45,425 nucleotides of DNA from an uncultured Anaerolineales bacterium (lineage in GTDB: Bacteria; Chloroflexota; Anaerolineae; B4-G1; SLSP01). The DNA is taken from assembly GCA_964385885.1 (NCBI GenBank), contig CAYLRT010000012.1:1-45425 (forward strand), in the 5' to 3' direction. Each line of letters opens with the position of its first letter. Position 1 is the stretch's first letter. Of the stretch, positions 8,734 through 17,476 are shown piece by piece. Made by a program: the position numbers and the translations under genes. A model generated the notes under the pieces. The model saw only the letters and a program-made list of their open reading frames with translations, was not told the origin of the DNA and made no database searches.

Positions 8734-11700
8734 TCAGTCAAACAGTTGCTCTGCCTGGATCTGAGCTCGTAACGTTTCAGTGGTCGTCGAGGGAGGAACC
8801 CCGATCTGGGTACGCAGGATCGTTTTGCACCGCTCATATTGGGCCAGGGCCCGGCTGCGCTCACCTGCAAGTGCATAGGCACGCATAAGTTGCTGGTGGA
8901 ATGTCTCGTGGGTGGGATCCACACTGAGGGCCCTCTGTAAGGTTTCGATTGCCCGTCGATACTGCCTGCGTGTGAGATAGCGTTCGGCCAATTGCGCCAG
9001 GGCGTCGACGAACTCCAGGCGCAACGCTTCACGCTCTTGTTGGCACCAATCGAGATAGCAGTCGGTGAGGAGATCATCTGTATAGAGGCTTACGGCTTCC
9101 TGAAGCGCTTCCAATGTCTCGTTTCGGCGCCATTGCTCCAAGAGTTCGCGGAAATGCGCGACGTCAAACCATGCCTTGAGATCGGGATTCAGGGTATAGC
9201 GTTGGCCATCGAACTCTATGACCTCGCGATCCAGTGCACGCTTCAGGCGGAACTTGGTCGTGTGAAAACTCGCTTTTGCTTTTTGGGGGCTTAGCGAAGG
9301 CCAGAACGCATCGAGGATCTGCTCTCTAGTGCGGTTGGGGTAGAGTAGCATGTAGAACAGCAGGTGGCGTGCGCTGGCTGATCCCCAGGTGGACAGTGGG
9401 ACAGGTTTGTTAGCCACCTCCACGGTACCAGGCCCAAAGCCGTAGATACGGATGCTAGGCGGCTCGCTCTGTCTTGGCGGTGACACCTGCGAAAACAGAT
9501 GCACTGCGGTGTCGTCCAACGCCCGAATGCGTCGCTCAATCCTCTTGAGGCGCTGGAGACGGTTGGGCAGGTTTCTGTAGGCTTCACGAGCGGTCTTCAG
9601 AAGAGGTTGAAGATGTTGCCCTTCGAGGATGAAAACTTGCACCTCGATCGGGGAAGGTAGAGTATCCAGAAGCTGCCCGAGTTCGGCGATGGCGTTGCTG
9701 GAGGCCTCCCTCTCCTGTGGCTCTTGCGTGGTCTCCTCTAGGAAGTGGGCCCATGCTCTTAGCAAACGTGCGCGCCCCAAATCTGCCTGGGCACCAAGTT
9801 CGGAAAGGAGGTTGATGGCCTTGTCCAGTTCAATGAGACCTGCGGCTGGTGCACCAGACTCCGCAAGGACGACTCCTAGCGAGGCGTGGATTCGTCCCAC
9901 GAGGGATTGAGCATTCAATGCCTGGGCTTCTTGAAGGGCTTGTGCGAGTCTGGCGTGGGCTTGTTGCCACCGTTGCTGTCGTCGATAGATTAAGCCCAGA
10001 GCTTCTTGTGCATAAGCCGCCAGGTAGCGATCCTTGATTTCTAATGCCAGAGCCCGACCTTCGTTGCCATGGTGCTCGGCAGCCTCGAGAAACCCGAGAT
10101 CTCGGGTCAGCTCAGCGAGATTTACCAGGGCGATCGCTTCAACCTGGCGTAATCCTGTCTGCCGAGCAATAGTCAGAGCCTCTTGTACTGAGGCCAGAGC
10201 CTCGGTGAACTCACCCAACGTGTAAAGGTGAAATCCGAGGTCGTTGAGTTCGTCAGCCAGTCCCGCATCGCTGCCTAACTTGCGCCAGATCGTCAGGGCC
10301 TCGCGGTGCATGGCTACAGCCTCATGCAGTCGCCCGAGGGCTCCAAGGCACTGAGCCAGACCGGTGCGGATCAGCGCTCGGGTATAGTCATGAGCATAAT
10401 GATCCCCGAGTTCCAGCGCAACCCTAAGATGTTTGAGCCCCTGCTCGAGATCGCCCAGCATAACATGCGTTCGGCCCAGAATACGATGAATCTCGTAGGC
10501 AACCGGCGTTGAGCAAGTCTCCGCTAAGGGGAGAGTCTGTTGCGCAAGCGCCCGGGCGTCTTCCAGTAGCCCTTGCACGAGCCAGATCTCGCATCGTTGG
10601 ACTCGTGCCTGGATGACACCGTATTCGTCATCCTGTAACTCGTAACCACGCTCGGCTATCTCAGCCAGCTCGAGGGCGTCCTCACGTTCACCAAGTTTGT
10701 ACGCTGCCCTGGATTGGTACAGAGCAAGTTTTGGGGCAGTTTCAAGGTTTACGTCGCCCAGGAGCTGGCGCCATGTGCGTAGTGTAGAAAGTCGATTATG
10801 GATGTAAAGATTCTCGGCCGTGGTTTCCATCAGCCTGGCCGCTTCCTGATGGGCACCGATAGCCAGGTAATGCTGTACAGCATCGAACTGCTGGTTGTGG
10901 GTTTCTAACCACTCAGCCGCTTTGCGGTGGAGGATCTCCCAGCGGTCATGAGCCTGGGCCTTCAGGCGCTTCTGGAGGAACTCTCGGAATAGATGGTGAT
11001 AGCGATACCAATCGTTCTCCAGACGGGTGACGAAGAGATTCTCCGCTTCCACTCGCTCGAGCATCACCTCGGCCTCTGGAACGCCAAGGATCTCTTGGCA
11101 CCGACGGACGCTCATTTCGGTTAGCGTGGATGACTCAAGGAGGAACTTCTGCATGTCGTGGGGTTGGCGTGCGAAGACTTCCTGAGCGAGATAGTCGTAG
11201 ATAGGTTCGTTGGTATCCCGAGCACGCATCCAGCTTTGCAGCACGTCTTCCCAGCGGCTATAGGCCGTGAGCAGCAGACCTGTAATCCAGCCCTCAGATT
11301 GCTCCGCCAATGCTTGAGCATCTGCCTTCGAGAGCTCTATGCCGTAGTTGTGTCGGAAAAGCCGCTGAATTTCCTCCAGGGTAAACCGTAGGTCGTCTTG
11401 GCCAAGCCCTCCCACGCCTCCGCGTGCCACGAGTGGGATGATCAGGGGGAGGGTTGGGACACTGCGGCTAGTAATAACCGCGAGACACTGGTCGCGTCCG
11501 AAAGCCACAAAGTTAGACACAATCGCATCCACTTCAGGAGCTCGTCCAAGCAAGTGGTAGTCGTCGAGGACGAGCACAAACCAACGGGGGATCGTCGTGA
11601 TGATCTCGTTGACCAAGACGCGGACGACACCTGGTGCTCCCCCCCGAAGATCGGCTGTGGCCTCCAATGCCCTGAGTGTCTGCTGACCAAAGCTGGGAAA

Positions 11701-11967
11701 GCGCCGTCGCATGCTCATCACCAGACGCTCGAGGAAGACGCTAGGATCCCGATCGCTTGCGTCGAGCGCATACCAGCACACAGGATGCTCAAGATCGGCT
11801 GCAAAGTCCACCAACAGTGTGGTCTTGCCATACCCCGCCGGAGCAGAGACAAGGATCAGACGATAGTCTATCATGTCGTACAGACGATTGAGTAGACGTG
11901 GGCGGGATAGGATATCGTCACGGCGACGCGGCAGGAGGACCTTGGTGAGTAGCGTTGTCTCTTCCAT
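8734..11967 (-). CDS. large STAND-type transcriptional regulator: MalT-like NTPase + TPR repeats + C-terminal winged-helix/BTAD (SARP-type) DNA-binding module
   Basis: MalT-like N-terminus (LSRPRLLNRL...LILVSAPAGYGKTTLL Walker A, VLVLDDYH Walker B). The centre is TPR-like repeats. The C-terminus has an OmpR/PhoB-like wHTH (IRIYGFGPGTVEV...) plus the BTAD helices (...HQQLMRAYALAGERSRALAQYERCKTIL). Confidence 0.9.
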   Translation of the reverse strand: MEETTLLTKVLLPRRRDDILSRPRLLNRLYDMIDYRLILVSAPAGYGKTTLLVDFAADLEHPVCWYALDASDRDPSVFLERLVMSMRRRFPSFGQQTLRALEATADLRGGAPGVVRVLVNEIITTIPRWFVLVLDDYHLLGRAPEVDAIVSNFVAFGRDQCLAVITSRSVPTLPLIIPLVARGGVGGLGQDDLRFTLEEIQRLFRHNYGIELSKADAQALAEQSEGWITGLLLTAYSRWEDVLQSWMRARDTNEPIYDYLAQEVFARQPHDMQKFLLESSTLTEMSVRRCQEILGVPEAEVMLERVEAENLFVTRLENDWYRYHHLFREFLQKRLKAQAHDRWEILHRKAAEWLETHNQQFDAVQHYLAIGAHQEAARLMETTAENLYIHNRLSTLRTWRQLLGDVNLETAPKLALYQSRAAYKLGEREDALELAEIAERGYELQDDEYGVIQARVQRCEIWLVQGLLEDARALAQQTLPLAETCSTPVAYEIHRILGRTHVMLGDLEQGLKHLRVALELGDHYAHDYTRALIRTGLAQCLGALGRLHEAVAMHREALTIWRKLGSDAGLADELNDLGFHLYTLGEFTEALASVQEALTIARQTGLRQVEAIALVNLAELTRDLGFLEAAEHHGNEGRALALEIKDRYLAAYAQEALGLIYRRQQRWQQAHARLAQALQEAQALNAQSLVGRIHASLGVVLAESGAPAAGLIELDKAINLLSELGAQADLGRARLLRAWAHFLEETTQEPQEREASSNAIAELGQLLDTLPSPIEVQVFILEGQHLQPLLKTAREAYRNLPNRLQRLKRIERRIRALDDTAVHLFSQVSPPRQSEPPSIRIYGFGPGTVEVANKPVPLSTWGSASARHLLFYMLLYPNRTREQILDAFWPSLSPQKAKASFHTTKFRLKRALDREVIEFDGQRYTLNPDLKAWFDVAHFRELLEQWRRNETLEALQEAVSLYTDDLLTDCYLDWCQQEREALRLEFVDALAQLAERYLTRRQYRRAIETLQRALSVDPTHETFHQQLMRAYALAGERSRALAQYERCKTILRTQIGVPPSTTTETLRAQIQAEQLFD

Positions 11968-12132
11968 GGCTCAGTTTATCTCATCGAATCAGTGGGTCAG
12001 GTTCCCGCACGACAAGTATAGGGTACCCTAAACTATCGTCAATGCTGGGCTACTGAACCGAGTGGTGAACGTCCTTCAACATGCTATCCAGTTGTTGGCT
12101 AGATCCTGGGCATACCCAACGAGATAAGCCGC

Positions 12133-12687
12133 TCAGTCACTCTCCTGACGCACGACGCTGATGATCCGGCCAATGCCTATCATGAGGACGGCAATCAGCG
12201 CAAGGACCGCGCCCAGATCTAGGGCGACCTGGAGGGAGATGGCGACCAGAGCGAGAACCACGCCCCCGGCATCAACCAAGAGGAGTCGGAAGATGTGTTG
12301 CGAGATCAATGTGGATGGCTTTACTGTCTTGGCGGCAGAGTGTAGGCGCCGCTGGAAATGAAAGAGATCCCACGCGGCGAGTGTGCCTCCGACTACACAA
12401 ACGCCAAGGCCAATGGGTACACCTTGAAGTATCCCCAGCACAAGCACGGTGGCGCTGCCGACGAAGAAGACATCGATGAGGAAACCTGTGTGGGGTGAGA
12501 CACCGGCGATCAAGGCGGCTGCTGTGAGTCCTCCTGATGCGATTGCCAGCCCCCAAAGTCCCTGGAGAATAGCTCCCATGGCCAAGACGGCGCCCGTCAA
12601 TATTGTAGCGAGCCAGGTTACTCGCTCGAGGTGGATCAACGGGCGGTTAGGCGACTGACTGTCAATAGCGGATGGTTGTGACTTCAT
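12133..12687 (-). CDS. polytopic membrane protein (hypothetical)
   Basis: The ATG at 12687 overlaps the DUF58 stop (ATGA). It has 5-6 hydrophobic helices. The longer track ORF start at 12780 would overlap DUF58 by 97 nt. Confidence 0.6.
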   Translation of the reverse strand: MKSQPSAIDSQSPNRPLIHLERVTWLATILTGAVLAMGAILQGLWGLAIASGGLTAAALIAGVSPHTGFLIDVFFVGSATVLVLGILQGVPIGLGVCVVGGTLAAWDLFHFQRRLHSAAKTVKPSTLISQHIFRLLLVDAGGVVLALVAISLQVALDLGAVLALIAVLMIGIGRIISVVRQESD

Positions 12688-13982
12688 AGTGCGAGTTGAG
12701 GGCGGCGGTATATCGCCGTGGCTGTGAGTCTCGGGAGCCCACGGGCCACTGCCACGTCCAGCGGTTGGGTTACGTCCCAATCGATGACGGGGATTCCTAC
12801 ACGCTGAAGTTTCCTTATGATTAGCGTACGCTCTATACTGGCAATACGTAACGCCAGCCTTTGAAGGTCACTCTGGGGAAGCAACTGCACCTCAAATGAG
12901 ATGGGGTCGGGGCTGACTACCATTACCTGGTATCCGCGTGCCCGTAGGCGCATCAACACCGGAGGATCGTCCCCGCACAGCGGGCTGATCAGCACGACCT
13001 GGGACTTCGCAGGGAAGAAGCGTGTGGGCAAGTAGTCCAGACTGTCAAAGATCAGGCTATCGCCAGTCTGTGCTTGCGCAAGTGCCAGCAGAATGCGTTG
13101 ACGCTGGTGCCGTCCATAACCCGGGAAAGTCCACTCGAGGCCGCGGCCATAGATGAGTAGGCCAACCCGATTGCCGTCTGCGAGAAGGATATCGCTTAGA
13201 GCTGCTGCGGCCTCAATGGCGTGCTCGAAAAGGGCCACTTCACCTGATCTGACATCTATACGTGCCCGTGCGTCGAGAATGACACCGATATCAGCAATCT
13301 GTTCGCGTTCGAACTCATCGGTGAATAAGTCATGGGGGTGGCGGGCACTCAGTCGCCAGTTGATGCGGCTGGGAGGATCGCCGGGCTGATACGAGCGCAC
13401 GCCGAAGAAGTCGGTCCCCGGCCCTCCTCTGCGGGCGGGATACGGGCCGGCAAAGACCCGCGTGCGTAGCGGGCGGAGTAGGATACGGCGCATTCGGGGA
13501 ACTACGGGCACGATGGAGAGCTTGTTCAGACAATCGTAGGTATAGCGCTTCTGCACCAGACCTAAGTGTTCACCAATACACACCAATGTGTTGCGGAAAT
13601 GGTAGGTTCCTCGGGGACCTTTTACTGTGTATGTTAACGTGACTGTTTCGCCGGTGTCGAGTGAGCACACGACGCTCGTGTCTCCACTCACGACCAGTCC
13701 TTGTGGAATCTGATCCCAGAAGGCGATCTCCTCCAATTGCTGACCCTGGTTGGTAACGCTGAGCGTGACTTCGATTCCCATGTCGGGCAAGGCGTGATTT
13801 CGGCTCAGAGTGCGTGCAATCTTGAGGTCAAGCGGTGCTGTCGGCCGTTGGAGGAAAGAGACCCCAGCATACAATAAGAGTGGTATTGCCATGGCGATCA
13901 GCGACCCATTAAGCGTCGCCAATCCGACGAGCAGGAACCCGTAGAGTACAAGCGAGATGAGCAAGCTGCGGCGTGCACTCAA
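12684..13982 (-). CDS. DUF58 domain protein (MoxR partner, vWA-like)
   Basis: Signature DFFGVRSYQPGDPPSRINWRLSARH, with two N-terminal TM helices. The probable TTG start at 13982 overlaps the MoxR stop (TTGA). The track ORF extends to 14066. Confidence 0.85.
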   Translation of the reverse strand: MSARRSLLISLVLYGFLLVGLATLNGSLIAMAIPLLLYAGVSFLQRPTAPLDLKIARTLSRNHALPDMGIEVTLSVTNQGQQLEEIAFWDQIPQGLVVSGDTSVVCSLDTGETVTLTYTVKGPRGTYHFRNTLVCIGEHLGLVQKRYTYDCLNKLSIVPVVPRMRRILLRPLRTRVFAGPYPARRGGPGTDFFGVRSYQPGDPPSRINWRLSARHPHDLFTDEFEREQIADIGVILDARARIDVRSGEVALFEHAIEAAAALSDILLADGNRVGLLIYGRGLEWTFPGYGRHQRQRILLALAQAQTGDSLIFDSLDYLPTRFFPAKSQVVLISPLCGDDPPVLMRLRARGYQVMVVSPDPISFEVQLLPQSDLQRLALRIASIERTLIIRKLQRVGIPVIDWDVTQPLDVAVARGLPRLTATAIYRRPQLAL

Positions 13983-14977
13983 GCGGCAAACCCCCGCAAC
14001 ACTGGTACTGGAATCGTACGCACGATCTCTGTGATGATGTCCGCAGCCGCGCGTCGGTCGCTCCATAAATCAGGTTCCAGGATCAAGCGATGTTCTAACG
14101 CGGCATGGGCAAACCTCTTGACATCATCTGGGAGAACATAGTCGCGGCCTTCCATAGCGGCCCATGCCCGACTGAGCTTAAGGAGGGCAAGGCTTCCTCG
14201 GGGACTAGCGCCAACCGCTACATGCCGATGCGTGCGTGTCGCCCTTACCAGATCTACCATGTATCGTTCAACATCTGGATCGACATGAACCCGCTCGGTG
14301 GTGCTCCGCATACTGAGCAGGCCTTCAGCATCGGTCACTGCTCTGAGGGTGAAGGCATCCTGGCGGCGTTCGCGGCGCCGGCGCAGAATTTCTTGTTCCT
14401 CCTCCGCGGAGGGATACCCTACGCTCAGTTTCATGATAAAGCGGTCAAGCTGTGCCTCTGGGAGTGGAAAGGTGCCCTCATACTCGATTGGGTTTTGAGT
14501 TGCGATGACGATGAAGGGAGTTGGGAGTTTGAGCGTCTCGCCTTCCAAAGTTACCTGATACTCCTGCATGGCCTCCAGAAGCGCTGACTGTGTCTTGGGC
14601 GATGCGCGGTTTATCTCATCGGCCAAGATGATATTCGCGAAGATCGGACCTCGCCGGAGGACGAAGTTCCCTTTTGCGCGATCGTAAACGTAGCCACCTG
14701 TAATGTCTCCAGGTAGAAGGTCGGGTGTGAACTGGATGCGCTTGAATGTGAGCCCAAGAGCGGTGGCGAAGCTGTTGGCGATCAATGTCTTAGCAAGACC
14801 GGGGTAATCCTCCAGGAGTACATGGCCGCCGCTGGATAGGCAGGCCGCCAGGATCATGCGTAGTACCGATGTCTTTCCGAGTACAGCAGTCTCGACTTCG
14901 TCAATCACGCGCTCGCTTATCGCGGCGACATCCACGAGTGACAGGTATTCATTGGAGTTTGGGGTCTGTTGATTCAC
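13979..14977 (-). CDS. MoxR-family AAA+ ATPase
   Basis: HVLLEDYPGLAKT (Walker A variant typical of MoxR), ILADEINRASPKTQSALLEAMQE (Walker B/sensor), and a length of 332 aa. GGAGGA lies 5 nt before the GTG at 14977. Confidence 0.93.
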   Translation of the reverse strand: MNQQTPNSNEYLSLVDVAAISERVIDEVETAVLGKTSVLRMILAACLSSGGHVLLEDYPGLAKTLIANSFATALGLTFKRIQFTPDLLPGDITGGYVYDRAKGNFVLRRGPIFANIILADEINRASPKTQSALLEAMQEYQVTLEGETLKLPTPFIVIATQNPIEYEGTFPLPEAQLDRFIMKLSVGYPSAEEEQEILRRRRERRQDAFTLRAVTDAEGLLSMRSTTERVHVDPDVERYMVDLVRATRTHRHVAVGASPRGSLALLKLSRAWAAMEGRDYVLPDDVKRFAHAALEHRLILEPDLWSDRRAAADIITEIVRTIPVPVLRGFAA

Positions 14978-15632
14978 CTAGATCCTCCAGACGGGGTGCT
15001 CTGAGATGGGATTCGAGACAAGTGAGAGCTGGTTCGAGCTCTCTGGTAAGTGTCTCCAGTGCTATGAGCCCGGACGGCTTACCCCGTAGCCAGGCCCAGA
15101 AACGATCATACCAAGTGAGCTTGCTGGGTGCTCTTACTCGTAGAGCCGCTTGTGCATATGGTTCAAGCAGGTCGGGGACTGGCAATCTTTTTGTCTCCAT
15201 TTCGCTGACGATTTGGCGGATTGGCAGGTGATGCTCGAATGCCAGGATCTGGAGCACAAGCCGCCCGAAGAGCTGGTCAAATCGGGGCTTGGAGTACCTG
15301 CCGCGCTCGATCTGTTGCAGGCGGTCGTGCCATAGTCCCACCGCACCTTGCAGTTGTCTCTTCCTCACTCGGCGGTGTCCACGTGTATGCCTGACGCGCC
15401 GGATGCTTCTGAGTGCTACGTAGGTGGCGAGGAGGAGCGCAGCGGTCATGAGATAGCGTTGTGGCAGCGCGCGCATGATGACACCGATCAGCCATATTTC
15501 GTAAGCCAGTGGCGTAACGATGGCCACACGTATAAAGTCCTCCATCATAAAGGCGAGCGGAAGCGCTGCAATGATAAGGATCAGGACGGCAAACAACACT
15601 CGCTTAAGTTTTGTCGTAAGCGTTATGCTCAT
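14949..15632 (-). CDS. hypothetical membrane protein
   Basis: Three N-terminal hydrophobic helices are followed by a basic/helical cytoplasmic part. It overlaps both neighbours by 29 nt. Confidence 0.6.
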   Translation of the reverse strand: MSITLTTKLKRVLFAVLILIIAALPLAFMMEDFIRVAIVTPLAYEIWLIGVIMRALPQRYLMTAALLLATYVALRSIRRVRHTRGHRRVRKRQLQGAVGLWHDRLQQIERGRYSKPRFDQLFGRLVLQILAFEHHLPIRQIVSEMETKRLPVPDLLEPYAQAALRVRAPSKLTWYDRFWAWLRGKPSGLIALETLTRELEPALTCLESHLRAPRLEDLGESTDPKLQ

Positions 15633-16599
15633 GAGGCGGCTCCTCGCATGCTTTGATAATCGCTTCTAGGCTGGCGATGGCGATTTGCTGGTCTTCCGAT
15701 GAAACGGTTGTCGCTGCACTGTAGCGGGCCTTTTCGAAGAGGCGTGTAAGCGCGACTACAGCGTCTTGCGGCAGGTTGGCGTGCAGAAGGTGATCCGTAA
15801 ACTCACGGGCTGTGACCGATCGTTCTCGAAGAAGCCCTCGGCGCTCCCGAACGACTTGGTTCATGTCCGCGTAACACCGGATGATGATATTCCGCAGATC
15901 GCCCCCTTGTGAGATATCAGCGATGGCAGTTCTGGCATGGGCAGCGATCTGGTGTAGCGTCCTGGCCTTGGCTCTGGAGCGGTGTACTGCACGGATGATA
16001 CCGGCCGTCGCGCCGGCTATGAGCATCGCCGCTAACAGACTTAAGGCTCGAGCGATCCAGGGAGAGATACGTTCCGGGCTGAAGGACTCGTCGATGGGAG
16101 ACTCTGCTGCCAGAGAGCCAGCGATCGGTAATGGATTAAGCGTATTCCCTTCGATGCCTTGTTGCTGCTGCATCTGTCTTGATAACACGGCAGATACGGC
16201 AGCGAAGAGCACCGCCAAGGTTAGTGCGGTGCGCAATACACGACGTCGTAACTCAGGTGACAGCAGGATGAGGATGACAGCGACAGGAAAGAACACCAGC
16301 GCAATGGTGAAAATGATTCGATAGAGGTCAAGGATGAGCTGCCCGCCAGGCGGTGGGCTCGAAATGGGGCCCGCGATGCCCATCTGGAATTCGCCAATGA
16401 GAAACTGCAAGATCTGCCAAAGTGGCACGCCAGGGCGGAGATTCAGGTGAGGGACGCTTGCTGAAAGCAAGATCGCGGCAGCGATTGACAGCAACCCCAA
16501 CATTGTGCCTATGAGTTTGCTCAGCGATCTTGACATACTGTCAAGTATAGGCTCGCTCGGAAGAGAGTCAAGGATCACCTTCCCTTCGCGTAGTGACAA
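15604..16599 (-). CDS. DUF4129-domain membrane protein
   Basis: Several TM helices, then the C-terminal block IIRCYADMNQVVRERRGLLRERSVTAREFTDHL...LTRLFEKARYSA, typical of DUF4129. The start is uncertain: TTG at 16599, alternative ATG at 16536. Confidence 0.75.
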   Translation of the reverse strand: MSLREGKVILDSLPSEPILDSMSRSLSKLIGTMLGLLSIAAAILLSASVPHLNLRPGVPLWQILQFLIGEFQMGIAGPISSPPPGGQLILDLYRIIFTIALVFFPVAVILILLSPELRRRVLRTALTLAVLFAAVSAVLSRQMQQQQGIEGNTLNPLPIAGSLAAESPIDESFSPERISPWIARALSLLAAMLIAGATAGIIRAVHRSRAKARTLHQIAAHARTAIADISQGGDLRNIIIRCYADMNQVVRERRGLLRERSVTAREFTDHLLHANLPQDAVVALTRLFEKARYSAATTVSSEDQQIAIASLEAIIKACEEPPHEHNAYDKT

Positions 16600-16647
16600 A
16601 CATCACCGCACGAAGCATCTTTGTTTTTCTACCTTTAGACATAAAGT

Positions 16648-17469
16648 CTACGCGAATTGAAGCTTGCCGTCCCGCCAGGTTGCTCTCTCAACCGTAACTT
16701 GCAGACCTAGGAGCGATTCCAAGGGCACGCGCAGGTTTGCCTTTTGGCCCGTCGTGATGAAGCGGCGCGAAGGCTCTGTCTCTGAGAGAATCGGGTGGTG
16801 ATGATTAAGAAGAAGACGCTTTGTCTGCCGAGCGACGGCTGGGGCAGGGTCGATGAGGGCAACCTCAGACCCCACAACCTCTTGGATAAGTGTCCGTGCA
16901 AAGGGATAATGTGTGCACCCCAAGACAAGTTGATCGATAGGATGGATGAGGAGTGGGCGTAGACAGGCCTCAACGTGATGTAGAGCTTCCGTGCCCTCGA
17001 GTGCTCCATCCTCAACTCGCTGCACCAGGCCGGGGCAGGTCGCCGTGTGAATTGCAACACGGTGACGAAAACGTGTCATCAGCCGCTGGAAAAGCTCTCC
17101 ACGGAAAGTGGTGGGCGTAGCCAGGACCCCAACATGCCCGGTCTGTGTCCGCTCGACTGCGGGCTTAATGGCTGGTTCCATGCCCACGAAGGGCGTGTCG
17201 GGGAGGGTCTGTCTGAGATAGCTGAGGGCCGCTCCCGAAGCTGTATTGCACGCGACAACTATCAAGGATGCGCCCTCGCCTAATAGGAAACGGGCGATGC
17301 CAAGCGCGAGGTCTTGGATCTCCTCTGGAGAGCGGGTCCCGTAGGGCAAGTGGGCCTGGTCTGCCAGGTAAAGGGTCGACACAGAGGGCATCAGGCGGAT
17401 TATCTCTCGCCACACCGAGAGGCCACCAATCCCAGAGTCAAAAACCCCTACGCAGGCTTGTTGCATCAT
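16648..17469 (-). CDS. murI: glutamate racemase
   Basis: VGVFDSGIGGLSV, ADQAHLPYG, VVACNTASG and LGCTHYP motifs. Length 273 aa. Confidence 0.95.
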   Translation of the reverse strand: MMQQACVGVFDSGIGGLSVWREIIRLMPSVSTLYLADQAHLPYGTRSPEEIQDLALGIARFLLGEGASLIVVACNTASGAALSYLRQTLPDTPFVGMEPAIKPAVERTQTGHVGVLATPTTFRGELFQRLMTRFRHRVAIHTATCPGLVQRVEDGALEGTEALHHVEACLRPLLIHPIDQLVLGCTHYPFARTLIQEVVGSEVALIDPAPAVARQTKRLLLNHHHPILSETEPSRRFITTGQKANLRVPLESLLGLQVTVERATWRDGKLQFA

Positions 17470-17476
17470 GGCTGGT

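Noticed and set aside
8604-8888. 94-aa plus-strand ORF, with a possible plus-strand promoter (TTGAGA 8514-8519 / TATAAT 8539-8544, 19-nt spacer) pointing into the 3' end of the regulator gene.
   Set aside because: The ORF overlaps the well-supported BTAD coding region in antisense and has no SD. The promoter spacing is at the upper limit. An antisense RNA cannot be excluded but is unsupported.
12019-12030. Perfect 12-bp palindrome TAGGGTACCCTA, 52-63 nt upstream of the STAND regulator start.
   Set aside because: Roughly 45,000/4^6, or about 11, perfect 12-bp palindromes are expected by chance in a window this size. Without a second copy or conservation data it is not significant.
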